NCBI GenBank assembly: GCA_036172245.1
Contig: JAYWIR010000098.1
Location: 1-64,000 of the forward strand
Direction: 5' to 3'
Source: Raillietiella orientalis
Taxonomy: Eukaryota
Length of the DNA stretch: 64,000 nt
Below the pieces are notes generated by a model that searched no databases, was not told where the DNA came from, and worked only from the letters and a program-made list of their open reading frames with translations. Of the stretch, positions 25,366 through 37,800 are shown in pieces (position 1 is the first letter of the stretch; each line of letters starts with the position of its first letter). Both the position numbers and the translations under genes were made by a program.

Positions 25366-25545
25366 GGGATTTGGAGAAGGTGTCAGGAACGAGCGAACCT
25401 ACCTTCAGGCCCGCCGGTATTCCAGACGTCCTGACGTTCGTCGCCTGGCGGAATTCAAAGCTGAGGCGGAGAGGCAGGCCTGGCAGTCAGGCTTGGCCTG
25501 CTTCCTGGACCATCAGGGCCAAGAACGCTCCAGCCCAGCTCAGGT

Positions 25546-27764
25546 TTTTCACCCGGGTAAGCCGGTGCTTTTATTACTAAAATTTTGATATTACAAAATT
25601 TTGTGATGCGAACAAGTGCCTGCAAATGTTTTTGAAGTCGGCGTCAACGGCACGCTTTCTCCAAGGAGATCGCTGCCCAGTGGATGGCATTCCGGCTGGT
25701 CCTTCCTCTCCTAGACGTGGTCCACTTCTCCAAGATACCGCGCATGCAGCAGAGTACTGCTACGCTTCCGGAGGCTGGCAAGCCGTTTCGTGGAAGGCAA
25801 CACACTCCAGAATCAAGTGGGAAAAGGTCTCCCTTCTCCCGCACTCTGCACAACTAGCATCCACATTCCTAAATGTCCAGCGAGACAGGCGTGCTCTGCT
25901 TAAAAGTCCCCAGTGGAGCAGAAGCAACGCCGTCTCCTGCCACTGCAGGGGAAGGGTGCCGTTGTCCCAAGACGCTGGGGGCCACTTCACCTCCTCCGGA
26001 GGTATACCGAGCAGCGCGCCCCAGCGTAAAAGTCCGTTCGGCGGGACACTCGGGGTACTAGCGTCCGCTAGTTTCCTCGGCGTTCACGCCTTTAATGATT
26101 TTTTCCTGCCTCCGATGAGGCAGGACACTTCTCACGATGCCTGTTGGTGGCTGTCCGGAACTTTCCTGAGGAAGGGCAGCACTGGGGCAAGGGGGGTGAA
26201 GGAAGCCCACAGAAGTTTCCGTGGGTTGGTAACGATCTCCTGGAGTGGCTGACAAGCGTGCCTCCCTCTGCGGAGGCAGGAGAAGTCCTCATCGCTGGTG
26301 CCGTTGATCTTCGCCCATGCGGAAACGGACTCCTGAAGCCAGGTAGTCCAGTCCGCTGGGATGCAGGAGATCCAAGGGTTGTCTCTCATCAGAGCAACCA
26401 AATCCTGCAGCTGATAACCACAATGGTTCAGGCTGCCTTCGTTGGCTACCAGGATTGAAATCAATCCGGAGCAGCCGGTTGCCCTGTGAGCAAGGAGTCT
26501 TGATGGTGCACACCAGGGTGCTGTCCAAAACTTTGCCACAAGGGCAAGTTTTCTGAATTGGAGCTGTCGCTCCATGCGCTCCAGCGTCAGGATACCAAGT
26601 CCACCGTCCCTGCGTGGAGCGCACAAGTCTTTGAGTCCGACGCGGGGCCTCCGGTTGCCCCAGAGGGCTTTTCGTATAAGGCCCCTAGTCCGTGTCCTGA
26701 TTTGATATGGGGTAGGGCACACAAAAAGTAGGGGGCGAAGGAGGGAAGCCGCGAAAGCGTTCCATACCGTGGCCCGTTCCTGCAAGTGGAACTTGCCTTC
26801 CCGGAACGGGCCGATCGCCAGCTCCACCTTTTGTAGACGGTCGGACCAGGCTTCTGCAGAGCAGAAGTCCCACAACGGAACGCCAAGGTACTTGATGTAC
26901 CTGCCCGTGGGGATCCCCAAGCGGATCCAGTCCGACCGTCCGTCCCTCGTCGAGTCGGTGAAAAGCAACGACGATTTCGTCCTGTTTACCTGGAGGCCTG
27001 TCCCACGGTATAGCAACTCGAAGAAATCCTCAAGCGCCGATGCCGGGGTGGACCCGGGAAGCAGAAGCAGAAGATCATCGGCATAGGCCGACACGGCAGG
27101 CGTGCCGGGACACGAGCTCGGCAGGGTTGCCAAAGTCTCCCTGTATGCTCTCAGCACCAACTCAAAGTAGATGCTGAAGAGCAGGGGGCTGAGGCTGTCA
27201 CCCTGCCGGATGCCACGACGAACCGGCATGCCGAACACGTGCCGGCCGCTGAAATTAATATTGATGTACGCGAAGCGGTAGCAGGAGCGCAGGTAGGCCA
27301 GGAAGACGGCCGGAAATCCCAAGCGTTCCAGGAGCTCCAGAAGGAGCTCCTGGTCGACGCAGTCGAAAGCTTTACGCAAATCGACTGCGACCGCAAGGGC
27401 TTCAGGCTCCGCATCTTCTTCCCGGCTTCCCTCCTCCCTGTCAATGGAGAGTCCAGGACTTTCCCGACGTAGCTGCGCCTCGCGTTGTTGCAACTGCCAG
27501 AATGTGCTGGCGAGGAACAGGTTGGCCTCCATGGTTCGTCCGGGAACAGCGTATGTCTGTTCCGGACTGACCACGGAGTCCGCTACCCGTCCCACGCGCT
27601 CAGCTCACAGTTTGGCGAGCAACTTTGCGTCCGCATTCACTACAGTGATGGGTCGCCAGTTGCCAACGTTGCGCAAGTCTCCTCCCTTAGGAAGGAGACG
27701 TACTCTAGCTGACCGGAACGAGTTGGGGACATCCCCACGTTCACGGATAAGCATACATAGTTTT
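25546..27764 (-). mobile_element. 5'-truncated family A element with a perfect 14-bp TSD
   Basis: AGCCCAGCTCAGGT at 25532-25545 and 27765-27778; 3' hairpin at 25546-25575. Confidence 0.92.
26132..27595 (-). CDS. Reverse transcriptase core, 487-aa open frame
   Basis: QTYAVPGR, DLRKAFD, GIRQGDSLSPLLF, YADD, KYLG, DGGLG. Confidence 0.85.
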   Translation of the reverse strand: MGRVADSVVSPEQTYAVPGRTMEANLFLASTFWQLQQREAQLRRESPGLSIDREEGSREEDAEPEALAVAVDLRKAFDCVDQELLLELLERLGFPAVFLAYLRSCYRFAYININFSGRHVFGMPVRRGIRQGDSLSPLLFSIYFELVLRAYRETLATLPSSCPGTPAVSAYADDLLLLLPGSTPASALEDFFELLYRGTGLQVNRTKSSLLFTDSTRDGRSDWIRLGIPTGRYIKYLGVPLWDFCSAEAWSDRLQKVELAIGPFREGKFHLQERATVWNAFAASLLRPLLFVCPTPYQIRTRTRGLIRKALWGNRRPRVGLKDLCAPRRDGGLGILTLERMERQLQFRKLALVAKFWTAPWCAPSRLLAHRATGCSGLISILVANEGSLNHCGYQLQDLVALMRDNPWISCIPADWTTWLQESVSAWAKINGTSDEDFSCLRRGRHACQPLQEIVTNPRKLLWASFTPLAPVLPFLRKVPDSHQQAS

Positions 27765-30526
27765 AGCCCAGCTCAGGTAAGCCGCATCATGCAGGAGTTT
27801 TCTTCCCCCCTGTACGCGTCATTAACACCCGAGTGCCAATTCCCGCAGCGGTTGCTGCCGGATGGGGCTCCCGCGATCGGGGAGGAAGTTTGTTCCAGGT
27901 TGTCGGAACCATTTACGGTGACAGAGATTGTCTCCGCCATAAGTAAATTAAAGACAAGAAAGGCACCAGGGGAGGACGGCCTGCCCGCGGAGTTTTACAA
28001 ACACTTCGCGAAAGAGCTTGCACCCCTGGTGCTCAGGCTAAGTACGCTGATCCACGAACACGGCGAAGTTCCCGCCTCGTTCCGATCAGCAAAAGTACGT
28101 CTCCTGCCGAAGTGAGGAGACCTACGCAACATTAGCAACTGGCGTCATATCGCAGTGGTGAATGCGGACGCAAAGTTGTATGTCAAATTGTGGCCTGAGC
28201 GTTTAGGACCGGTGGCGGATTCCGTGATCAGCCCGGAGCAAACATACGCTGTTCCCGGGCAAACCATGGAATCCAACCTACTCCTCGCCAGCACATGGTA
28301 ACAGTTGCAACAGCGCGTTGCAGAGGACGGTCAAGGGAGCCTTGAGCACCCCTCTGACCAGAGAGACCCGGTTCAGGGTGAGGCGGAATCAGCGGGAGCC
28401 TTCGCCGTCGCTGTCGAATTGCGCAAAGCATTCGACTGCGTCGACCAGCATCTCCTTCTGGAGCTCCTGGAACGAACGGGATTCTTGTCCGTGCTTCAGT
28501 CGTACCGGCGCTCCTGCTGGCGCAACGCGTACATAAATATTGGTTTCAGCGGCCGGCACGTGTACGGCGTGCCAGTGCGCCGCGGCATCCGGCAGCCTGA
28601 ACCCCTTGCTCTGCAGCATCTACTTTGAGTTGGTGCTGAGTGCATACAGGGTAACTCTGGCAACCCTGCCTAACTCGTGTCCCGGCACGCCTGCCGTTTC
28701 GGCCTATGCAGACGATTTTCTGCTGCTGCTTCCCGGGTCCACCCCGGCGAGTGCGCTCGAGGATTTCTTCGAGCTGCTGCGTCGCGGGACGGGCCTGGAG
28801 GTGAACGGGGCGAAGTCGTCTATGGTCTTTGTCGGTACGGCGTGGGCTGGTCGGTCGGACTGGATCCGCTTGGGGAACCCCACGGGCAGGTGCTTCAAGT
28901 ACCTCGGCGTTCCGTTGGGGGACTTCTCCGCAGCAGAAGGCTGGTCCGACCGTCTCCGAAAGGCAGCGTTGGCGATCGGTCTGTTCCAAGAAAGCAAGTT
29001 TTACTTGCAGGAACTGGCCGCAGTGTGGAACGTTTTTGCGGCCCCCCTTCTACGCCCTTTACTTTTTGTGTGTCCCGTTCCTTATTTTGTCAGGAAAAGA
29101 GCAGCGGACCTCCTACGGCCAGTCCTTTTGGGCAAAGGGAGGTCCCGTTTGCGTCTTAAAGACTTGTGCGCTCCACGTAAGGACGGTGGACTTGGCCTTC
29201 TTAAGATGGAGCGTATGGAAGTACAATTTCAGTTCAGGGTTCTCGCCCTTGCATCGGAATTGTAGGACACGCCTTGGTGCAGTTCAGCACGACTTCTATC
29301 CCAGCGAGCCTCAGGATATGGCGGACTTTCTTCGTTTCTCTGGGCGCGCGACCACAGACAAGCACACTCCGGCTTTCATCTGCGGCGCATGGCCGCTGTG
29401 GTTCGGAAGAACACCTGGATCTCCTGCGTCCCAGGGAACTACTCGGCATGGTTGCACGAGTCAGTCTTCACTTGGGAAAAGTTTTACGTTCCGGCGGTCA
29501 CAAAAAACACTTGCCCGAAAAAGCACGCCCGCTGGACGCTACAGGAGATCGTGCAGTCCCACGATTAGCTTCTGTGGGCCCTGATAACCCCACTTGCTCC
29601 TGTGCTGCCCTTCCTACAAAACGCTAGAGACAACAGGGAGCAGTGGAAATGGACCGTGTCCTGCACCATCGGAAGTAGGACACAAAAGATTAAGGCGTCG
29701 ACATCTCGGCAGCTAGCGGACGCTGCGACGCCGAGTGTCTTGCCCAACGGATTCCGACGCTGGGGAGAGCTACTCGGACTATCTGCGGAGGAGATGAAGT
29801 GGCCCCCAGCATCTTGGGATAGTGACTTCCTTCCCCTGAAATGGCAGGAGGTGGCGCTGCTCGTGATACATTGGAATTTACCCTTCAAGGCACGCCTCTC
29901 TCACTCCACTCGGGGGGCTGTGGATTCCCAGTGGGACCGGTGCGGGGAGAAAGAGACATTCCCCCACCTCCTTATTGAGTGCATTGCTCTCCCCCCTCTC
30001 TGGGATCGTCTTGAAGCAATCCTGGACATTCGCGGAGGCGGCCCTAAAGACGTTTTTAGGCGACTCTTCTTGCGTGATGCCTTGTCCCCTCTTGCTTCTG
30101 TGGCAGTTCTTTGCTGCATTAGAGGGATCGTGTCGGCTTGGAACGCGACAACAAGAAGGCACCAAGCTTGCGGCAATGTTGTACATTAAACTCGCCTTTT
30201 GTGAGAAACATTTGCAGGTGGAGACACCTGGGTGCACAACGGACGCAGCTTGTGAAGATCCTGAACAGGATCTAGAGGACCTTTAAGCGTGCAATGTGAT
30301 TCCCTTCGCGCCCCTCCCTCCTTAAACATAAGTACCCTCTTCAACTTTAACATTTTTTTATTTGTTTCGTTTTTTTCTTCCCATTTCCGCGCGTTGGAAG
30401 GACCTCGCCGGTTTAGAACTGGCAAGAAGCAGGCTGCTTTGTGCTGAACCATCAGGTTCTTCACCCGGAGATTACATGTATTTTTATTTTTTTTAAAATA
30501 AATGCCCCGGCATATTTGGGTAAAAA

Positions 30527-33500
30527 CGCAGTGACGTCACCACCAGCTGGCGACAATGCCGCTCCGGCATTGCCAGCCAACGACGTCTGCGCGCCGATCG
30601 ATGAAGCCGCTTCCATTGCGCCTGCGCCGAGTGTCGGTGCGAAAAGCGAGGAGGTGGCGCGAATCGAAGACGCGACCTTCGAGCAGGCCGCGGAAGAGCT
30701 GGCAGCCATGTGACGGCAGCCTGCAAAAGTTGAAAAGAAGTCCTTGAGACGACCGGCAAGGGCGAAGGTCCCGGGAAATTCCGAGTCCGAAACCGAAGCC
30801 GGTTGCTCTTCTTCCGCAGCTGTGCCGAAGAGAAAGGCTGGCAAGTTGACCGGTTGCCCAAGACGGGTCGCCCCTTCGCATATGGAGAAGCCCATTTCCT
30901 CGGGCACGGAGGAGGAGGCAATGTGCGTCGCGCCACGCGAATCTTCTCCCGTCCGCGTCTCGGAAGCCAGCCCGATGGAAATCGCTGTCGACGACAAGCT
31001 CCCGTGTGAGCAGCCGACCGTCGTCACGGCCGACAACGAGCCGCATCCCGCAAGGGAGGACGCCGCCTCCACCCCACCATAAATACACCAACGCGTGGGC
31101 TTGCCTCCTGCCGCCGCTTGCGCATCACCTGTTGGAACGTCAACGGGTTGCGCGGCGACGGTAAGAGGCGAGATGTAGCCGACATACTGCGAGACTTCGA
31201 CCTGGTGCTCCTGCAAGAGACGCACGTTCTCAAAGCAGAAGAAGTTTAGGAAATCGAAAGAATCGCGGTAGGGCGGATACTGTAGAGGAACGGAAACGAC
31301 CGCTCCTGCGGAGTGGTCTTTATGCTTAAGCCAGCCGTCGAAAATACACTGCGCAGCGTGCGGTTCGACAAGGAAGGTCGAGTTTGGCAACTTGTTTTCA
31401 AGTGGTCCGAATCGATCGACCTCATAGTCACGAACCTGTACGCTCCAATGTGCAACCACAGGGCCGAGGAACGCACTGCGTTCTTCGAATCCCTGCGGCG
31501 AGACTGGTTGGCTGAAACAAGCGTACGACGGCCGCACCTCATCGCGGGCGACTTCAATCTCCGCCTGTTGGCAGGTGCGCCGTGCATTCGAGCACGACTG
31601 GTCAACGAGTTGTGTGCAGCCATCAATGCGCGCAACTTGTTGGCGGGTGATGCCGGGAGAGATCGGAACATCGATCACATGTTCCTCGACAACCACTTGT
31701 GCACGCGGGTGGGAACTCGAGGAACGCTCCCGGCACAGCTGTCCGAACATCCACGGCTCGTGCTCGAGATACATCCACGCGACAAGAACCCTCTTCTGAA
31801 AACGTGGCGCCTGCCGGGAGACTGGTTGCGCCTTGCAGGAGCGGCGAAACATCTGCGCTCCTTCCTGCGTGGATTCCATCTTGAGACGCTCGCGGACTGG
31901 GACGAAGTGAAGTGGTCAGCCCGCGAGTTTTGCGACCAGTTTCCCCTGGTACGTCTTCCGCCGGGCTTCGGCGAGGGAGTCAGGAACGAGCGGGAATACT
32001 TCATTCCCGCCGTTATTCCAGGCGTCCCGACGTCCGTCGCCTGACAGAACTCAAGACTGAGGCGAAGAGGCAGGCCTGGCAGTCAGGCTCGGCCTGCTTG
32101 CTGGACCATCAGGGCAAAGAACGCTCCAGCCCAGCTCAGGGAAACCGCATCGTGTGGGAGTTCTATTCCTCCTTGTACGCGCCACTAGCACCGGAGCGCC
32201 ATTTCGCGCAGCGCCTGCTACCGGATGGCGCTCCCGCGCTCAAGGAGGAGGACCGTTTCACGTTGGAAGAACCGTTCACGATGGTGGAGGACGTCTCCGC
32301 CATCAGCAGGCTGAAGTATAGGAAGGCACCTGGGGAGGACAACCTGCCCGCGGAGTTTTACAAACACTCCGCTCCAGAGCTGGCCCCCCTGGTGCTCAGG
32401 TTAAGTACGCTGATCCGCGAACACGACGAAGTTCCCGCCTCGTTTCGGTCAGCAAAAGTAAGTCTCCTGCCGAAATCAGAAGACTTAGGCAACATTGGCA
32501 ACTGGCGTCTCATCACAGTAGTGAATGCGGACGCAAAGTTGTATGCCAAGTTGTGGGTTGAGCACTTGGTGCAAGTTGTTGCTTCCGTGATCAGTCCGGA
32601 GCAGACCTATGCTGTTCCCGGACGAACCATGGAGGCCAACCTGCTCCTCGCCAGCTCATGGTGGAAGTTGCTACAACGCGTTGCTCAGGATGGTCAAGGG
32701 AGCCTCGCGCTCCCCTCTGACCAAGAAGATCATGCAGAAGAAAGGACGGACTCGGCGGGAGCCTTTGCCGTCGCGGTCGATTTGCAGAAAGCATTCGACT
32801 GCGTCGACCAGGATCTCCTTCTGGAGCTCCTAGAACGCTTAGGTTTCCCGTCCGTGCTCCGGTCTTACCTGCTCTCCTGCTAGGCAACGCGTATATCAAT
32901 ATTGGTTCCAGCGGCCGGCACTTGTACGGCGTGCCAGTGCTTCGCGGCAAACGGCAGGGTGACAGCCTGAGCTTCTTGCTCTTCAGCATCTATTTCGAGT
33001 TGGTGCTGAGGGCATACGGGGTATCTCTGGCAACTCTGCCGAGCTCGTGTGCCGTTACGCCTGCCGTGTCGGCCTATACAGACGATCCTCTGCTGCTGCT
33101 TCCCAGTTCCACCCCGGCGAGTGCGCTCCAGGAGTTCTTCGATTTGCTGCGCCGAGGGACGGGCCTGGAGGTGAACAAGGCGAAGTCGTCCATGGTCTTT
33201 GTCGGTTCGGCGTGGGCTGGACGGTCGGACTGGATATGCTTGGGGATCCTCACGGGCAGGTGCTTCAAGTACCTTGGCGTTCCGTTGAGGGACTTCTGCG
33301 CAGCAGACTCCTGCTCCGACCGTCTTCAAAAGGCAGCGTTGGCGATCGGTCCGTTCCAAGAAAGCAAGTTCTACTTGCAGGAATGGGCTGCGTTGTGGAA
33401 CGCGTTTGCGGCCCCCCTTTTTCGCCCCCTACTTTTTGTTTGCCCCGCCCCTTATTTCATTCGAAAACAAGCAGAGGGCCTTCTGAGGACAGTCCTTTTT

Positions 33501-34898
33501 GGCAAAAAGAGGTCCCGTGTGAGGCTCAAATTTTTCACGGTCCACGTAAAGACGGTGGACTTGGCGTACTTACGCTGGAGCGCATGGAACTACAACTCCA
33601 ATTCAGGACTCTCGCACTCGCCGCCGAATTGTGGGACACGCTTTGGTGCGTTCCAACACGCCTCCTGGCACAACAAGCCTGTGGATCCGGCACACTTTTG
33701 TCGTTTCTGTCTGCGCGCGTCTGCAGAAAAGCACATTGTGACTCTATGCTGCGACGCATCTTCGTTGTGATTCGGGAGAACGGCTGGATCTCCTGCCTCC
33801 CAGGGAACTACTCTGCCTGGTTGCACGAGTCAGTCTCCACCTGGGAAAAGATCCACGTTCAGGCGGTCACGAGGAACACTTGCCGGAAAAGGCACGCCCG
33901 CTGGACGCTGCAGTAGTTCGTGCAGTCCCACGACAAACTTCTGTGGGCGTTAATAACCTCCCTCGCCACAGTGCTGCCCTTCCTTGTGAATGCCAGGAAC
34001 AGTAGCGAGCAGGGGAAATGGACCGTGTCCTGCAATATAATCGTCAGGACACAATCGATAATGACGTGGACATCTCGGCAGCTAGCTGACGCTGCGACGC
34101 CGATTGTCCCGCCTAACGGAATTCGACGCTGGGGCGAGCTACTCGGACTATCTCCGTAGATAAAGTGGCCCCAAGCGTCCTGGAACAGTGCATTCCTCTT
34201 CCTGAAATGGCAGTATGTGGCGTTGCTTGTGGTACTCTGAGGATTACCATTCAAAACACGCCTGCAACACACCACCCGCGGGGCTGTGGATCCTAATTGT
34301 GACCGGTGTGGGGAAAAAGAAACATTCTCCCATCTTCTTTTTGAGTGCAGCGCCCTCCGCCCTTTGTGAGATCGTCTCGCGGCGATCCTGGACTTGCGCG
34401 TATGCGGCCTAGAGGACGTTTTCAGGCGCCTCTTCTGTAGTGATGCCTTTTCCCCCCCCGCTTCCGTAGCAATCCTCTGCTGCATTCGAGGGATCGTGGC
34501 GGCTTGGAACGCCCCAAGAAGAATGCTTCAGCCAACCGGCAACGCCTTACACTGGACTCGCCTTTTCGCGCGCAGTGTCTGCAAGTGGCGCCACTCAGGT
34601 GCTGAAAGGACTCAGCTTGTTCGGATGCTGAACAGGATCTAGGGGATCTGTCCACGCGCACCGTGATCCATTCCCCTACCTCCCATCTCTACAACATTTG
34701 TTCACCCCCCACATTTGAGCTTTTTGTTTTTTTTGTTTTTCTTTATTTTTCATCCCCGCGCATCGGAAGGACCTCTTTGGCATGGAGCCGGTAACCAGCA
34801 GGTTGTTTTGGAGTGGTGAACCTTCGGGTTCGCCACGCGACAATTTTTCTGTTATTTTATTTCTATGAAATAAATGCCCCGGCACATCCGGGTGTGAA
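30527..34898 (+). mobile_element. Family A element: ORF1 C-terminus (to 31082), disrupted ORF2 (~31080-34666), 3' UTR
   Basis: CWNVNG, NLYAP, GDFN, YTDD, CDRC...H...C, AATAAA 34869. Confidence 0.88.
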
Positions 34899-37800
34899 TC
34901 GCGAAGGCGCGCGTAACCATGGACGACCGGAGGCTCATGCCTTTGCAGATTCTGCTCGGTGACGTTGTCGTCTATCTCCGGTTTCCCGGGCAAACAACCG
35001 CTTGCAGCAACTGCGGGAAGGAGGGCCATCGTACGGGGAAGTGCCCAACACGCAGTTGCCGATACTGTAAGCTGCTCGGTGACTCGATGAACGAGTGCGC
35101 CGAGCTAAAACGAAAGAGGAGGGCGAGAAACCTTTTCGCAACATCGCCGTCCGCGCCGACACCATCCGCCCCGTCGTCGGGGAAAAAATCCGGCGCCAAG
35201 GAGAATTCGCAGCGGAGAAGTGAAAAGTCCGCTTGCGCGGGCGATTCTCGGAGCAACGCTCCACAAAAACCCGCGCGAAAGGACAAGAAGCTTCTCCAAG
35301 CTGCCTCAGTAAAGTCCCGAGCGACCCAGTCCGATGATAACATCGGGCAGGCTGCAAAACAGCCGCTTCCGTCCGCTCTCGCTCCGAAGCAAAAAAGCGG
35401 TGGCACGCACGGGAAGACCACCGGAGCGTCGAAAAATGGGGTCGCGCGCCCCTTTGCCCGCGTCAAAGAAGCCGGCTAAGGCGGGCCGAACGCCAGCAAA
35501 CGCTAAAAAGCCTCGCGCGACCCCCAAGAATCCCGCGACTCTGCTCGCATCTTCCGGTAAGGAGGTGCAGAAGGCAAACGTGACCAAGGAGACACTGGCC
35601 TCCATCGCCGTATCCGAGGCCTTGGGAAGGATGCGAAGCACCCTGGAAGCCCCCTTGCCCAACCGAGGCAAACAGGAAGGCGGCGAGGATGGCTGGAACT
35701 TCGTCGGGGGAAAGAAGAAGCGCAAACTGCGCGATCCTTACCACTTCCCGATCAAAAAGGTAGGCGGGGTGAAGATACAACCCCGCGCGCCCAGAAAGGC
35801 GCAAGGAAAAGCCTCTGTTGCCGCCGCGCGCGCTTCCGCAAACACCCGCGGCGAGAGGAAATCCGCCGAAGCCGAGATCCCGAAAGGGGGATCGGCGACG
35901 AAGGCACCCTCTGAGAGTGCTGGACCAGCTCCGGGCTGCCAGCAAAAAAAGAGGCAGGCTAAACGCCCGCCGCGCACGCGCAATTCGGACTCTGAGGTGG
36001 AGTCCGAGGGCAGCGCTCAGGCTCACCAAGCGCCGGTCAAGGCCAGGGCTGCGAGCAAGCCAAAACTTGCCAGGCAAGCGCCTGATGCCGGGAACGGTTC
36101 CGGATGCTCCTCGGAGCCCGAGGCAATGGTCCTCGACTCCACCGAGCCAGCCGCGAGCGGCGCGGCGGGGACAGAAAGAGCTTTTACTACCTCATCCGCC
36201 GTGCTCCTGGCTGATGCCTCGCCGGACGGGGCGAGAAACGCACCTCCATGTCCGCAGCAGCAATGCGCGGTCTCGCTTCTTCCCGGCGCGTCCGAGTGGC
36301 CTGTTGGAACGTCAACGGGCTCTAGGACAGCGAGAAGAGGCGATTAGTTGCCAACGTCTAGCGCGACTTCGATCTGGCCCTGCTGCAAGAGATTCAGGCA
36401 CTCTCCGAGCAACAAGCGGCCGATCTGCAAGTTCGCGCAGGCGGGACGCTCCATTGGAGGTCAGGCTCCCAGAATACCTGCGGAGTCGCATTCTTTGTCC
36501 GGGGCAGGGTGGCGGGAGCGATGCGGAGCGTTTGTTTCGACGAGGAAGTTCGTGTGGGCGAACTTGTTCTCAAGTGGTCCAAATCGATCAACCTTGTCGT
36601 CATGAACGTGTGCGCGCCGAGAGGCTCCGCGCGTCACGCCGAGAAACTGGAGTTTTTCGAGAGACTGCGCGACCGCTGGCTCAGCAACTCCGGCCCCGAC
36701 GTGGCTCACCTCGTAGCCGGGGACTTTAACGTCCACGCGCTATCGGAGGAGTCTCACCGTCGCCGGGAGAAACGGCTGGTCAACGAGGTGTGCGCGTCGG
36801 TGCACGCCTCGAATTTGCTGACCGAGGAACCCGAAATGCGTGCTTTGTTTGACCATGTGTTCCTCGACGATCACCTGCATTGCCGGGTGGGTCGAAGAGG
36901 TCCCGTGCCGTCCGAGCTTTCCGACCACTACAATCTGGAGTTTGAGCTACTCCCGGCAGGCAAGGGCCCTCCGACGCACGTCTGGAGTAGCCGACCGAAT
37001 GGCTGAGAAATCCGGTGGCTGCGGAGCACCTCCGCCAGGATCTCCGGACCTTTGCCGTTCGAGAACTCGTTTACTGGGACGATCTGTAAGATCGGTCCGC
37101 GAGTTCTGCAGCCGGTTTGCCTTGCGCCTGCTTCCCCGTGGCTTCGGGGGAGGCGTTGCCAACAGCAGAGATTATCTGCAGGCCCGCCAATTCTTCCGAT
37201 GCGCGGACGTCCGGTACCTTGCGGAGTACAAGGCCAGGGCTGAGCGCCAGGGCTGGCAGTCAGGAGCAGCTTGTCCGGTTGACGACCAGGGCCTGAAGTG
37301 CTCGTGCGCGGACGAAGTTTGCCGCATCCTAAAGCGCTACTACTTTTCGTTGTATGCTAGGGAGCCGACGAAACCCAGTCTCTCGGAGCTGCTTCTCCCG
37401 GCAAATTAACTTGCGGTCGACGAGGAGGAACGCGCCACTCTGGACTTTCCTTTCACGGCGGCAGAAGTGTCTTCCGCTATAGCGGGCCGCAAGTAGCCCA
37501 AGGTGCAAGGTGAGGATGGTATGCCTACGGAATTCTTCCAGTTCTTCGAGGCGGAACTCATCCCCCTGGTGCTGAGGCTTTCTGCGCTGGTGCGAGAGAC
37601 GGGCAATGCACCGTCTTCGTTTCGCTCAGCAAGGCTGCGCCCCTTGCCGAAAGGCGGAGACATGCCCCATTTAAGCAACTGGCATCCCATCACCCTGGTG
37701 AATGCGGACGTCAAGTTGTTGTCCATGCTCTGGGTCGCGCGCCTAGGCAGGATCGCTGGATCCGTGGTAAGTCCGGAGCAGTCTCACGCTGTTCCCGGGC

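Larger units (their letters stand above)
25366..30526 (+). mobile_element. Family A ORF2 (linker to 3' end), interrupted by 25546-27764
   Basis: GFGEGVRNER...SSPAQV resumes at 27765; YADD ~28704; AATAAA 30497 plus terminal motif. Confidence 0.85.

Noticed and set aside
30455..30470. TTCACCCGG as an additional minus-strand element end
   Set aside because: It lacks the second stem arm and correctly spaced TTTATT, and lies within a plus-strand 3' UTR.
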